A DNA stretch of 64,000 nt from Podarcis cretensis. Lineage: Eukaryota. Location: NCBI GenBank assembly GCA_951804945.1, contig OX638154.1:54064001-54128000 (forward strand). The letters are read 5' to 3'. Both the position numbers and the translations under genes were made by a program. Shown piece after piece: positions 12,800 through 23,892 of the stretch. Below the pieces are notes generated by a model. The model did not search any database. It saw only the letters and a program-made list of their open reading frames with translations, and was not told where the DNA came from. Numbering within the stretch: the stretch's first letter is position 1; each line of letters opens with the position of its first letter.

Positions 12800-13380
12800 G
12801 ATCTGATAAATGACTACCCCTTGGAACAGGTAGTCAAGGAGTTGACCAGAGAGGAGACAAACCCAGATTTAATCCCGAGAGGTGACCAGGATCTAGTGTG
12901 GGATGTAAGTATTGTCAAACTGCTCGGAAACAGCAAGAGAACAGCTTAAACAAGAATTTAGTAAAAAGGAACTTGAGAGGAAGAATCAAAAGAGCCAAAG
13001 CTTTTCAAGATGTTTGGTAGTTATTTAAAACCACAATCATCAAAGTTCAGATATAACGTCCAGCAGAGATTAAGAAAAACAGAGACATATCCAAGACGAT
13101 GCCATTATGGTTAACGTGCCATAAAAGGGAAGGTGAGTTTCTTGAAGAAGTGTCCATCTTGCCCAAATATGGAATATAAAAAGAAGCACAAACCTTGGCA
13201 GTACTTATCACTAGAAACATTAAAACAAACAAGAAGCATTTCTTTAGATACGCAAGGATCAGGAAACCAGTCGGGGAAGTGGTCATATTGTTAGATGACA
13301 ACAATGCAAAAGGGTTACTGAAGGAGGATGTGGAGATTACAGAGAAGCCGAGCAAATTCTTTGCATCAGTCTTCATTGCT
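12800..13380 (+). mobile_element. old CR1 LINE ORF2 internal fragment (endonuclease end and linker)
   Basis: Decayed LEQVVKELTREETNPDLI..QDLVWDVSIVKLLGNS, then RNIKTNKKHFFRY.R.RKPVGEVVILLDD...KGLLKEDVEITEK..KFFASVF, matching CR1 ORF2; frameshifted and internally deleted. Confidence 0.8.
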
Positions 13381-14709
13381 GTAGAAAATAGGCCTAGGAA
13401 TAGTGCAAAAGTTCACTAAACTTTGTATTTATATATTCATAGTAATTGTGAGAATTTGGTTGGGGACATTCCCCTCAGCCTACATACTCAAATAGGAGCA
13501 GTTGTCTGAGTGTGTTTTTAAGGAATAGCTATTACACATTACTGTCGATATCAACTCCCCCCCCCCCCGGTAAGGAATTTCAATTAGCTTCATCTTCTTT
13601 GTAAGTGGAATTAAAAAAGATACTATCCTGAGAAATAGTGAAGACAGCTGAAATCAGTACTTCTAAAGCTGGTGAAAAGCTGGTTGTGACCAATCAAATC
13701 AAGGCATTCTTCTAACTTCCTGAAGTATGTGTTCTGAAGGGGACAGAGAGGAGCTTTTACTGAGATGGAATTTGTGCTTTTTGTTGCTACTGTATTGAAC
13801 CCAGAACAATTACAGAGATGAACAAGGAAAGAGACATGTAACCGACTGGGCCAATGGCTATGGCTGAAATTTGGCCTTTCTGCACATTTATAATAATTGA
13901 ACACAGTCAGCATATCTCCTCTTAAATCTTCAGTTGTGGAGATGTAACATTTCTGGACACTGAAAGCACGGTATTTTGTACCTGGGAAAGTAGAAGGCTT
14001 CCCCCAGATAATACATTAATTGCTATTGCGATTCGCAGTGAGACCTACTGGTTATTCCAGTGATGAAATTAATGATGAGCCATACAGCCCTCTGCTGTGC
14101 CTGCAACATTTTGTGAGGTCTTTTATTATTATTTTAATGTCAAAAAATAATTTGTTTAACCCTCAACTTCTCCACTGTGTCACCCCAGTGCGGAGTCCAG
14201 CAATATCTATCATCTATCTATCATCTATCAGCAGCAAAGCTACTAATACCTGCTATATTGTACTTCTTTAGTGATTAATTCTCAGCAACTCCTTTGAAAG
14301 CTATGCTTTCCTCCTCTCTTGTGCTATATAGTTAGCCAATCAAAGAAAGCCTATTGGTCTCAATCCATCATGCCGCAAATGCAACCTTCTGCCCATCTTC
14401 TTGGCAGCATGACCAAGAGCTAGAACCAACCAAGAGGCCCACACTTGCCACCTGTTAGACCATCCCATGGATCCTCTCCCCATAATCTAGATCATTACAT
14501 GTCATAGTCAGGGAGCCAAATGTGCTACATAATAATGACAGCAGAGCCAATAAGCCCAGATAACTTTGGCAGTCTGTTGGACACCAGATGGTCTCAAGAG
14601 TCACAGCAGTCCCACACCTTTTGCCCTTCCATTTCCACATTTCCAATTTATCTCATGCTGTCCTATGCCCTGATCCACAAAGATGACAGACACATGGTTT
14701 GCTCTACCA

Positions 14710-14956
14710 CATGGGTAGGCAAACTAAGACCTGAGGGCCGAATCCGGCCTAATTGCCTTCTAAATCTGGCCCGCGGACAGTCTAGGAATCAGCATGTTTT
14801 TACATGAGTAGAATGTGTCCTTTTATTTAAAATGCATCTCTGGGTTATTTGTGGGGCATAGGAATTCATTCACCCCCCCCCAAATATAGTCCGGCCCCCC
14901 ACAAGGTCTGAGGGACAGTGGACTGGCTCCATGCTGAACAAGTTTGCTGACCCCTG
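14710..14956. mobile_element. hAT/Charlie-type MITE (OposCharlie1-like termini)
   Basis: Termini catgggtaggcaaact / agtttgctgacccctg; 8-bp TSD ctctacca (14702-14709) vs ctctgcca (14957-14964). Confidence 0.85.
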
Positions 14957-17308
14957 CTCTGCCAAAAGCCGTTATTCCTTGTGTACAAGCCTGGGCCTTG
15001 CAGAGACTGAATCACGGGTAATTTTTTTTTTTTAAATTAAACAGAATTTGAGAGCAGCTATGTCTCACAGAGTAGAAACAGCCCATATAGCGAAACATGA
15101 TAATCCAGATTAATAGCACATTATAGAACTAGAAAGAGCAATGTCCCCTATCCTGTCATCATCTTGGGCTACTTCTGTGATGGAGGAGTAAGAAGAGGAG
15201 GAGGAGAAGAGCCATACAGAGGGGTGAAGAGGCCTGTTTCCAATGACACTATGCAGGGTGTGCAAGGTGGGGGGGAAATGAAGACAAGATTTTGGCCACT
15301 GCAACAAGACTTTGTAAAGTGCAGATACGGTGCAGACTGTACCTGCTGAAGTGTTCCCTTCTATATAACTGAAAAGAGTGCAGAAGCCCTCTTACATCTG
15401 AACACCTTTGCTCTATATTTCCCCCATCTCTCTTGGGGCTTACTCTTTCATATGCAGCCCTTTTTAAAGTTCCATACATTATTTTAAATGCCAAGAGGGC
15501 CACAGCCTTCAGTCAAAGCTGGTTCTATTGGCTCTACATGAAGCAGTGTGGAGGTGGAAGGTGGAATATAAACTGTTGCATTTCTAGATGAAAAGTTGGG
15601 TCTACCTGAGATTGATTTCAAACCCGTGCAGTCATTGGGTTGCTGGCTAGTTACCAGGGTGATGGCTAGATCCTGGGATGGAGATATCACTTATTTGCCA
15701 CTCCATATTCTCAAGAGCAACATAGCAGTTCAAGGCAATAGATAAGGAGACGCAGAACTAATTTTGCAGTAATAAGTTAATCAGCTGACAAAATAGGGCC
15801 ACTGATGGGGTTACACAAATGTTTCCAGGTAACTGAGAGCTCAGAAGGTCCAAAGAACAAGGATTCAAAGTCTAGTGTGATGAAAGGTCCACATTTTTAT
15901 TAGGGTGAGGACTTAGTATTAGAATATTCTCAAAGTCTACCTCACTGGGGTCAGTTCAAACATGGCATGTCTTGTTGCAGTTTCACACGATGTGCAAAGT
16001 ATGAAGCATTCTGATGCTGTGAATGTTTTTGGAAGTGCTTAGTTTGATATTCTGATCAGGCAGCTGCATTGCCACTTCCATACCCCATTATATTACCCCA
16101 ACAGGCTTTGATGCTAGCTTTGAAATGCCAAGACACTGCATGAGGTATTGCTTGGCTGAGAAACACATTGACATGAGGAATGTAGAGGAATTTTTTTAGT
16201 TAACATTTAATGCAAACCTACAGTATCCAAACCAATACATGAGCCAAAACACAGCTCTCCTTTCAAGTTCTCTGAATCTTTGCAAATTGGGGATTTTTTA
16301 TTTACAAGGGCCAAATAAAGTGAAACTGAGAATCCCTGACAAAGCACAGAAATCTCCCACCTTCACCTAGCATTTATGTAAATGCTGAGGTTGGAACACC
16401 TGACAGTCTTTTTGAAAGGTAAGTAGGAAGCAGTTTTTGGCAAGGAAATGTTCTTTTTAAAATTTGTCGCAGGAATGTCTTTCTAATCTTGTTACATTTT
16501 TGGTCCCCATAGCAACTCATCTATTTTGAACTGTGGAACAACAAATGCAGTCAATGGGAATAATATGCATAAGAAAGGTGAACTTTATCTGATCTCATTC
16601 CTAGGCCGATCTGACCTGCCAGTAGTACCAACTGAGCCAGTGAGCATGTGTCATTGCTGAGAGCGGGTTGGACGTGTCCATTCAGTCTTTGCAAGCAACT
16701 TGACATGCAAAGCATAGTCTGCTATCATTCAAAGAAGAGATGTAAAAGATGGAACAGTTACATGCAGTGGAGGCTGGTCCATTAGAGTCAATTGCCCCAT
16801 CAACATCACTCTGTTCTCAGCCTTTTCCCACTTGTCTGCCCTCTTATTTATAACCAACCCAAGGGGTTTAATTGGCTGACACCTCCCTCAACCTTAGCCT
16901 CAGTGTTGCCCTCATAGAACACTGCAGAGAGGTGCATGTAGACAAAACTGGAATTAGTTGCCTCCCTGCCATTAGCTCTGGTTCCACCTACTATTGGGTC
17001 TTCCTGTTTCTGTCCCAACAGGCAATAGCTCCACTGGTTACATGGAAATTGTTACATGGGTGCATCCAGTCTGGATCTCTCACACTGTCAGTTTTATGCC
17101 AGTATATGCCCTTTGCATAATATGACTGCACCTTCATAACCCACTGCAAAAAAACAGGTATACTACAATTAACAGCAGCAACTGGATAGTGCTCCCAAGC
17201 AACAAATCTGCTTTAAAAAATACATACACAAAACCACCACCACTTGACAGCCACATCGTATATTGTTCATGTATTTGTCTCCAAAACAGTTGTGTAGATA
17301 AGTAGTTC

Positions 17309-17448
17309 CAGTGCTTTTTTTTCTATTAAAAAAATGTTTAGGGGTACTCTCATTTTCCTACTCATATTGAAATACTGCCCCTCAATGAGGCCAAACGTAG
17401 ATTCACAAAATGTTTAGAGGTTTGCGTCCCCCCAGAAAAAAAGCACTG
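17309..17448. mobile_element. hAT-type MITE
   Basis: TIRs cagtgcttttttttct / agaaaaaaagcactg; 8-bp TSD agtagttc vs accagttc (6/8). Confidence 0.85.
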
Positions 17449-17634
17449 ACCAGTTCCCATGTAATATTTGCATTTTACATATGTAACATAATGGGAACTT
17501 ATGACTGAAGCTTGTTACATCAGAATAGGCCCTGCAGGGAAACTCTGCACGATCTGTTCATTTGTGCACATGCAGAATATGCAACCTGGTATGGAGGAAT
17601 ATAACTCCTCATATATTTTGCTTTATGTTTTTAG

Positions 17635-17709
17635 CCCCCATTACTTCAGAGGAACCTTTGAAAATGCATGAGCAATGTCCGTAGAAGATCCAGTAAGACC
17701 TCTTGGCAG
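17635..17709 (+). other. candidate 75-nt non-coding/UTR exon
   Basis: Acceptor ttttgctttatgtttttag| and consensus donor CAG|GTGAGT; stops in all three frames across its length. Splice signals are the only evidence. Confidence 0.25.
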
Positions 17710-17987
17710 GTGAGTCACTGCTGCTTATCAGGCTGGGAGGGGAAAGGCAGCAGTGAAGTCATTGCAGTGTAAATGCAACAGCAAAGCTAATCAAGAACTC
17801 CTGTTGATATGTTTGCACTGTGCTGTCCTCCATGCCACCTCACCTCTCCCCTTTCCTGTCCCAGTAAGTGGCAGTGACCAGGTCAGGTAAGCACCTCCAC
17901 CCACCAAGCTGCCTGCTACTGATAATAAAGGTATTGTCCTAATATTTATCCAGGCTTTTCCACAGCAAATGATTTGCATGAATGTAC

Positions 17988-18733
17988 TGTTATATGAGTT
18001 TGTGGGGTACCTGGGTTCCCCTTCTAATTCCTGGGTACCAGAGACTGCAAGTCAGTTACCAGCCTTGTGATGGCCCCCTAAAGATGGGTCATTAGCTGGA
18101 ACAAAGAGAGTGGCTCTGTGCCAAAGGGCAAACTCAGAATCAGCTAGAAAGGCAAAGCCCTTGATGTAGAGTTAGAAGGAGAGTACAGTGGTACCTCTAG
18201 ATACAAACTTAATTTGTTCCGGAGGTCCATTCTTAACCTGAAACTGTTCTTAACTAGAGGCGTGCTTTCACTAAAGGCGTGCTTTCAGCTGCCGTGCTGC
18301 CAGCACACAATTTCCATAATCATCCTGGGGCAAAGTTCTCAACTCGAGGTAACTCTTCCAGGTTAGCGGAGTTTGTAACCTGAGACGTTTGTAACTTGAG
18401 GTACCACTGTAGTTGTTAGGATTTCAGTTGGCTGTGGGAAAAAGGTGTCAGTCTGCTAAATGTAGCAAGAGGGCAGGGTCAGAGCACACTGTGGGCTAAC
18501 AGTTGGAATCCAAGGCTGTAGGAATGGGAGAAACAGATTTCTCTTGGAGGGTAATGCTATAAGCCCCTCTTTTGCAGGCTACGGTTATATGTGTGTGTGT
18601 TTAAATAAACCAAAAATCATAAAGACACCACAGTCTCCACTGTGCCTCATTTGCAAAGGAAACACAAACCCGGGGTAAGCACCTAAACCCGTGGAATCTC
18701 GCAGTGCTGTGGAGACTGGGGTGGCGTGTAACT
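17988..18733 (+). mobile_element. solo LTR interrupted by a MITE
   Basis: Starts tgtta, ends taac(t) (decayed taaca), flanked by 4-bp TSD gtac (17984-17987, 18734-18737); aataaa near 18604. Confidence 0.75.
18186..18409 (-). mobile_element. Tc1/mariner-superfamily MITE nested in the solo LTR
   Basis: TIRs cagtggtacctc..gaggtaccactg with TA on both sides; interior is a diverged reverse-orientation relative of 6477-6717. Confidence 0.88.
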
Positions 18734-19578
18734 GTACTCAACTTTTTAAAAGCCACAGTTAGGATAAAATAAATCCATTCCTCAGATCAGAATTCTTTCA
18801 TTTGTAAGATATTAATGAGTAATAGAAGAAGAAAGTATCTAGTCTGGTGTTCCAAGAACTCATTTCATTAGCTAGCACATCAGGAGGAAAACCTCACATG
18901 ATCTTTAAGCTAAACATCAACTAAGAATACTGAATGCAGCTAAAATGTAACTCAGCTGATTTTCTGCTGTCACACACCTCATTGTATCCCCCTCCTGAAA
19001 CAATAGACGGAAACTCAGCTCAATGCAAATGAACTCGGCCAAACAATGTGTCTCCGGATCAGCTGCCAGCACCAGTGGGTTTGACCGGCTGCTGCTGCCA
19101 GTCAGTCTGAGATCTCCATCTCTGGGTTGTTCTGAGTTCAGCTTTGGGAACAGAGAAAGATTAAAAGACCTTCATATTGTGTAGGTGGGTAACTGAATCG
19201 GCAGACTGTTATGGATTTTCCTTCTATGGATTTTCCTTCTTTGAAAAAAGCTAGAAAAACCAAATGCTTGGTGTGTTCCCTGTCTTGCATATATGAATGA
19301 AACACGGAAGGAGATAATAACATTTTGCACTCATAGGTTCATTTTATAAAGTGGCTGTACATAGGTGTGTGCAGATACATAATATAAATACAGAGTAATA
19401 TAACAGTTATGTTCTCTCTCTGAGTGGCTAATTTTATAACCTGAAATTGTGTTTGTTTTTACATTTATTTATGAATTTGATTTTTTCTTAACATTTTGCC
19501 TGCATTGTCCTACGTATAGTTCTCCCCACTCCCAAAAACAAGGAGAGAATGACCCCAGAATGACCTCTCCCACTAGCA

Positions 19579-19773
19579 GAGTTGCCTTACACCAAGTCAA
19601 ACTATTAGTCCACCTCTCCCCATTTTGTCTACTCAGACTGGCATCAGCTTGCCAGGGTCTCAAGCAAAAGAAGACTTTTCACATGACCTGCTACCTGAAC
19701 CTTTCAACTGGAGGAGCCAGGGGTTGAACCTGGAATCTTCCACATTTAAAGCATGTATTCTGTCCTTGAGCTA
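19579..19773 (-). mobile_element. Squam3-like SINE
   Basis: Reverse complement gives tagctcaagg..ccaggttcaacccc..gagtagacaa..gtgtaaggcaact. Confidence 0.7.
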
Positions 19774-19939
19774 GAATACAGTTCTAGGGGTAGAACTACA
19801 GTTTCAGGAGTTGAAGCTCTAGCTGAAATCCAAGTAGCATCCCCATTTCAAATCTTTCATCAGTACAATTCATTAACCCATTCAATTATATTTATATAGA
19901 AAAAACAGTTTTCTGTCATTGGGACAAGCTGCAGAGTAG

Positions 19940-20772
19940 TTTGGTGGCAAATGTATCATAGACTGGAAATAATCCGTTCTCCTGAAATGCTACTTAACCT
20001 TCAGGGTAATCAACTGAAGCTGCTGTAGGATTGCTTATCTAGCCCCAGTGATGTTCTGAAAGTGACACAAGTCTGGGATTTTGTTGTTACCATGATAGCA
20101 CTACACTGAAACCCATCAGGTCACTCTCATGCTACTGTTCCAGTGCCTTTGTAAAACTGCTTCTTTTCCATCCAGTTAAAATGACTCTCCCAGAGGACCT
20201 GCTCCAGCCTGTTTCATAGCCCTTGTCTTTCTACGCCTCCAGGAATTGCAAGTTCTTCTCTATCCTGTCAAACAATCCCACCACTGTTGCTTGTGATGAC
20301 AGTCACTTCTGCCTTTCCTGGCATGTGGACCAGTTTCCCTGCATCTCTGCACCTCCTCATCACTATAAACCACAAATGAAAACATAGCACTTCCTGGCTG
20401 ATATTGTTTTACTTTATGTAACACTGCAGGGATGTGCAGTGACACCTTACCAAAATAATGAAGCTGATTCCCTGCTCAGGATAGACAGATGTATTTTAAG
20501 GCCAGGCTTTGCCACCATAACTACTGCCTGTTTCGAAAGAATTACTCAGTGCTGCCCTGTACAAACAAAGGGGGTGGAGAACTAAGGGTGCTTTCATACA
20601 GGCCAAATAATTCCTGATTTAGCAATGACGTTTTGAGGTATTGGGGGTTGGGAGCAGTTTCTCCATGGATATGAAGATGTGATCACACACACTCGTCCAA
20701 CACTACATTGCCAATCGTGACACACATGTGGCATGTGGCTATTGAATGCATGCTGTATGGACTCACCCCCAC
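19940..20772 (-). repeat. unclassified ~0.8-kb repeat, copy B (inverted relative to 2848-3680)
   Basis: Reverse complement matches copy A, including a perfect ~49-nt stretch ggatagagaagaacttgcaattcctggaggcgtagaaagacaagggcta. Confidence 0.85.
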
Positions 20773-20987
20773 GACCGTACCAGGCAAGGGGTTGTTTTGG
20801 AAATTCCTTTATGCAACATCTAGGAAGCAGGAGGGTAGGACTGAGGACAGCCATCTAACATGTCTATAAATACAAATTAAATCTGCTCAGATAATCTACA
20901 GTAGAGAGATTTCAAGAACAGTAGGTGCTTGTTTGGATGAGCACTCACCTACCAGCGAATATGATGCTTGTTCCCCATTGCTGCCCT

Positions 20988-21225
20988 AAAGAATTAGACA
21001 AATTAATGGAGGAGAGGGCTATCAAAGGCTACAAGCCATTATGGCTATGCTTTGCCCCCGCAGCTGGAGGCAGTAATGCTTCTGAATACTGGTGGCTGGA
21101 AACCACCAGTATTTTGTGCTCAAATCTTCCTTGCAGGTTACCCACAGGCATCTGGTTGGCCACTGTGAGAACAGGGTGCTGGAATAGGTTGGCCACTGGC
21201 CTGATCCAGCAGGCTCTTCTTATGT
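20988..21225 (+). mobile_element. CR1-type LINE 3' UTR fragment (different subfamily from 571-1064)
   Basis: ttagacaaattaatggaggagagggctatc..ggcatctggttggccactgtgagaacagg..ggcctgatccagcaggctcttcttatg is a typical squamate CR1 3' end. Confidence 0.7.
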
Positions 21226-21227
21226 CT

Positions 21228-21357
21228 CTATGTCTGCATCTGCTGACAGCAGTTCTCCAGGGTTTCAGATGATAATCTTTTCCAGTCCTAACTGGAGACA
21301 CCAGGGGTCAATGCTGGAATTTCTTACATGCAAATCAGTACGCTTCCACTAAGCTGC
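21228..21357 (-). mobile_element. Squam3-like SINE fragment
   Basis: cagcagttctccagggtttcag..ctggagacaccagggg..catgcaaa..ccactaagct, reverse of the copy at 33567. Confidence 0.6.
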
Positions 21358-22043
21358 ATATGTGCTTCACTGCTATATCCCATCTAGCTTTAAAAGGCCA
21401 AAGGGAGGCATTTTGCTTGTAAGGTGGTGATTCCAGAGCACCATACTTTTCAGAGACAGATCCAGATTGCAGTGTTGCAATGTTCACCTTAAGTAGTGAA
21501 CAAACATACTCACAGAGACACAGACACACTCCCTTGTCCCCATTTCATTCTTTTTAAAAAACTGATCTGACTAGCAGATGAATCTTAGTTCAATACTGGC
21601 AACAGCACAGTAACTTCCATTGAACCTGAGGGTGCAGTAATATAGGAGAGTCAGGACTGGCCATGTAACACACAGCTTTGTTCTTCAAGGTTATGGAAAA
21701 GCCAGTGGGCAATAGCTAGGAGGCTGCTGTCACTGCTCCCCCTACAGCATTGGATACCTGAGGCAGTTGCCTCACTTTACCTAATGGTAGAGCTGGTCCT
21801 GCACACACCAGCCAAGCAAAAAGGCTGTGGCTTCAGTGTGAAACTTGCTTTCAGCCCGTTTCTTGTCTGACAAATCTCACAGTAGAACATAGCTCTCCTA
21901 TCCATGCTTTGGATTTGTTTTAGAATAATCCACATTCTGGCAGGATCCGAATGCAAGCCTGGGTGCTGAAGGGTGAATGTGAAGCACTTCTGGTGGGAGC
22001 CCTTTATTCAGGGACAAGGCAAGCGTATTTATTTTCTCCTTAC

Positions 22044-22500
22044 TTAATTTCAACCTTGAGAATGCACTGATCTTCTCCACACTGCCCCCCCCCCCCCGCT
22101 TCTCTGGGTTGAGGATGACGATTTCTCTTGACTCCATTCCAAGAATGCTGTCTTCTCTTTATTGATGGGGATTGCGCCGTTCATTCTTATCAGAGGAATA
22201 GGTTTCAGCTATGCTCTCGCTCCATTAGCTCCGATACACCGTGGGGAATAAAGCTGCCCATCTCCTTCACTGCGAATGCCGGCAATGGAGCGCTACCCTG
22301 GTTGCTGCCAACTCAGTGATGTCATCTTCAACTGCAATGCGACCTCCCCTCCTGGCCTTGTGCAAAACTCCCTTAATGAGGCGTCTGTGCTCCTGGCTGC
22401 TTCCCTGTTGGCACTCAGGAAAGCAAAGGGCGTGCTGCACAAATCCATCTTTGCAGGCATTCATCTTTATTGTTGCATACTGACCCAAAGTACCTCTCTC
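22044..22500 (-). other. candidate first/5'-UTR exon of an unidentified minus-strand transcript
   Basis: No recognisable repeat, local CpG retention, donor TTAA|GTAAGG at 22044/22043, ATGs at 22184 and 22137. No protein recognised. Confidence 0.3.
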
Positions 22501-22995
22501 CCTCCGATGAGCCTGATTGAAATTCAATGGGAGAAAAAAAAATGCCAGGAGAACAATTTGTCCTTAACTAAACACAGCCTTTTTCTTCCCCCCTCCCCCT
22601 CTGTGCAGGAGCTGCTGTTAGTTTGCTTCCAAGATTCTCCTTCGGGCAAGGATAAAAGATTGGGAGCCTGAATTTCTAAACATTAGCTAAATCTAGTGGA
22701 TGGACCTGTCCCCACACTTCTTCACTATGCAGCATTTACAGTCAGATGCAAAATACTATACACAAGCTGCAGAAGCAATCCCCCAAGAAAGTAACGTGAG
22801 ATTCCTCTTCTCTGTTACAGGAGCCTATTTCCTCCGGACAAAGCCTGCATACAAGGCAAGGCTGCACCTTTTTATTCTGATAAACTGCCCTGGTCATTTT
22901 ATTTTAAACAGCAGTTGAGATTACTGTGCTAATCACTAAAGAAAATGCCTGCATTCCCAATAGGGCTTCTTACAGAGTTTGCTCTATTTATTTGA

Positions 22996-23262
22996 TAGGA
23001 GCATAGGAAGCTGCCTTGGACATAGCTCAGGTGGCTAGAGTGTGATGCTGATAGCACCAAGGTTGAAGGCTGCATATTCCTGCATTGCATGGGGCTGGAT
23101 TAGATGATCTTCAAGGTTCCTTCCAACTCTAGAATTATATGATTTTATGTATATACCAAGTCAGACCATCTAGCAAAGCACTGTCTATGCTGACTGGTAG
23201 CAGCACTTCAGGATTTGAGACCGGGGTCCCTCCCAGCCATACTTGGAGACGCTGGGGGAAAA
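22996..23262 (-). mobile_element. Squam3-like SINE split by a younger SINE
   Basis: cataggaagctgcctt (to 23017) continues as ataccaagtcagacca..tgtctatgctgactgg..cccagccatacttggaga after ~23150. Confidence 0.7.
23018..23149 (+). mobile_element. tRNA(Ile-like)-headed SINE with CR1-derived 3' tail
   Basis: Head tagctcaggtggctagagtgtgatgctgatagcaccaaggttg; tail tagatgatcttcaaggttccttccaactctagaattatatgattttatg resembles the CR1 end at ~1010-1064. Confidence 0.75.
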
Positions 23263-23329
23263 ATGCTGTTTCCCTGCAGTTCAGGGGAAGTACCGTAATT
23301 TCCCAGCTGTCTGCCTATGTAGTTTGCAT

Positions 23330-23515
23330 CCTATTCTGCCCCTAGGTGGCTCACATGTGGACCTCATTTTATCAATCCTGCAATGTAGGTTAGTCCGAGG
23401 AAATTAGACTAACAATTAACAATCCTGCAATGAAGGTTAGTCTAAGGAATGATTTACCCAAGGTCATTCAGTGAGCTTCTTGCATGAGCAAGGAATTGAA
23501 CCTGAGCTTCTTACA
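23330..23515 (-). mobile_element. MIR-like/Squam2-like SINE, degraded
   Basis: cccaaggtcattcagtgagctt..ggaattgaacctgag is the reverse of the copy at 62907; internal duplication of caatcctgcaatg.aggttagtc. Confidence 0.55.
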
Positions 23516-23755
23516 ATCAAATCTGTGATAGAGCCACCTCTGAAAGACACAAATATATTTTTCTGGGAAGTTTGTGAAAATATTGCATAAGAATTATAAC
23601 GTATGTCTGCCTTAGACAATGTCCATATGGCAAAACTCTTGAGAGAATGTTCACACTTTACTCTCTCTGGAATTCTAAAGTACATAGATTATGCTTCCAA
23701 TATTACACCACCACAAATCTTCTTGTTTTCTGAGTGTACACCCAACATTCTAACC

Positions 23756-23892
23756 CAGTTTCCCTCAACCTGACGCCCTACAGATATTTAGGACTACAAC
23801 TGCTATCATCTCTGACCACTGGCCATGCTGTCTGGGGGTGATGGGGCTTGTATTCCAGAACATCTGGTGGACACCAGGTTGTAGGAAGGCTG
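23756..23892. mobile_element. palindromic hAT-type MITE, degraded
   Basis: cag..caacctg..ggactacaac..catc / gatggggcttgtattcc..caggttg..gctg inverted structure, related to 40313-40448. Confidence 0.6.

Noticed and set aside
2848-20772. Inverted pair as TIRs of an ~18-kb Polinton/Maverick or other giant transposon
   Set aside because: The size fits, but there are no AG..CT termini, no 6-bp TSD and no polB, integrase or capsid ORFs; the interior is ordinary old host DNA with decayed SINEs and LINEs.
23018-23070. Functional tRNA gene
   Set aside because: The T arm and acceptor stem are missing and the head is fused to a CR1 tail, so it is a SINE.
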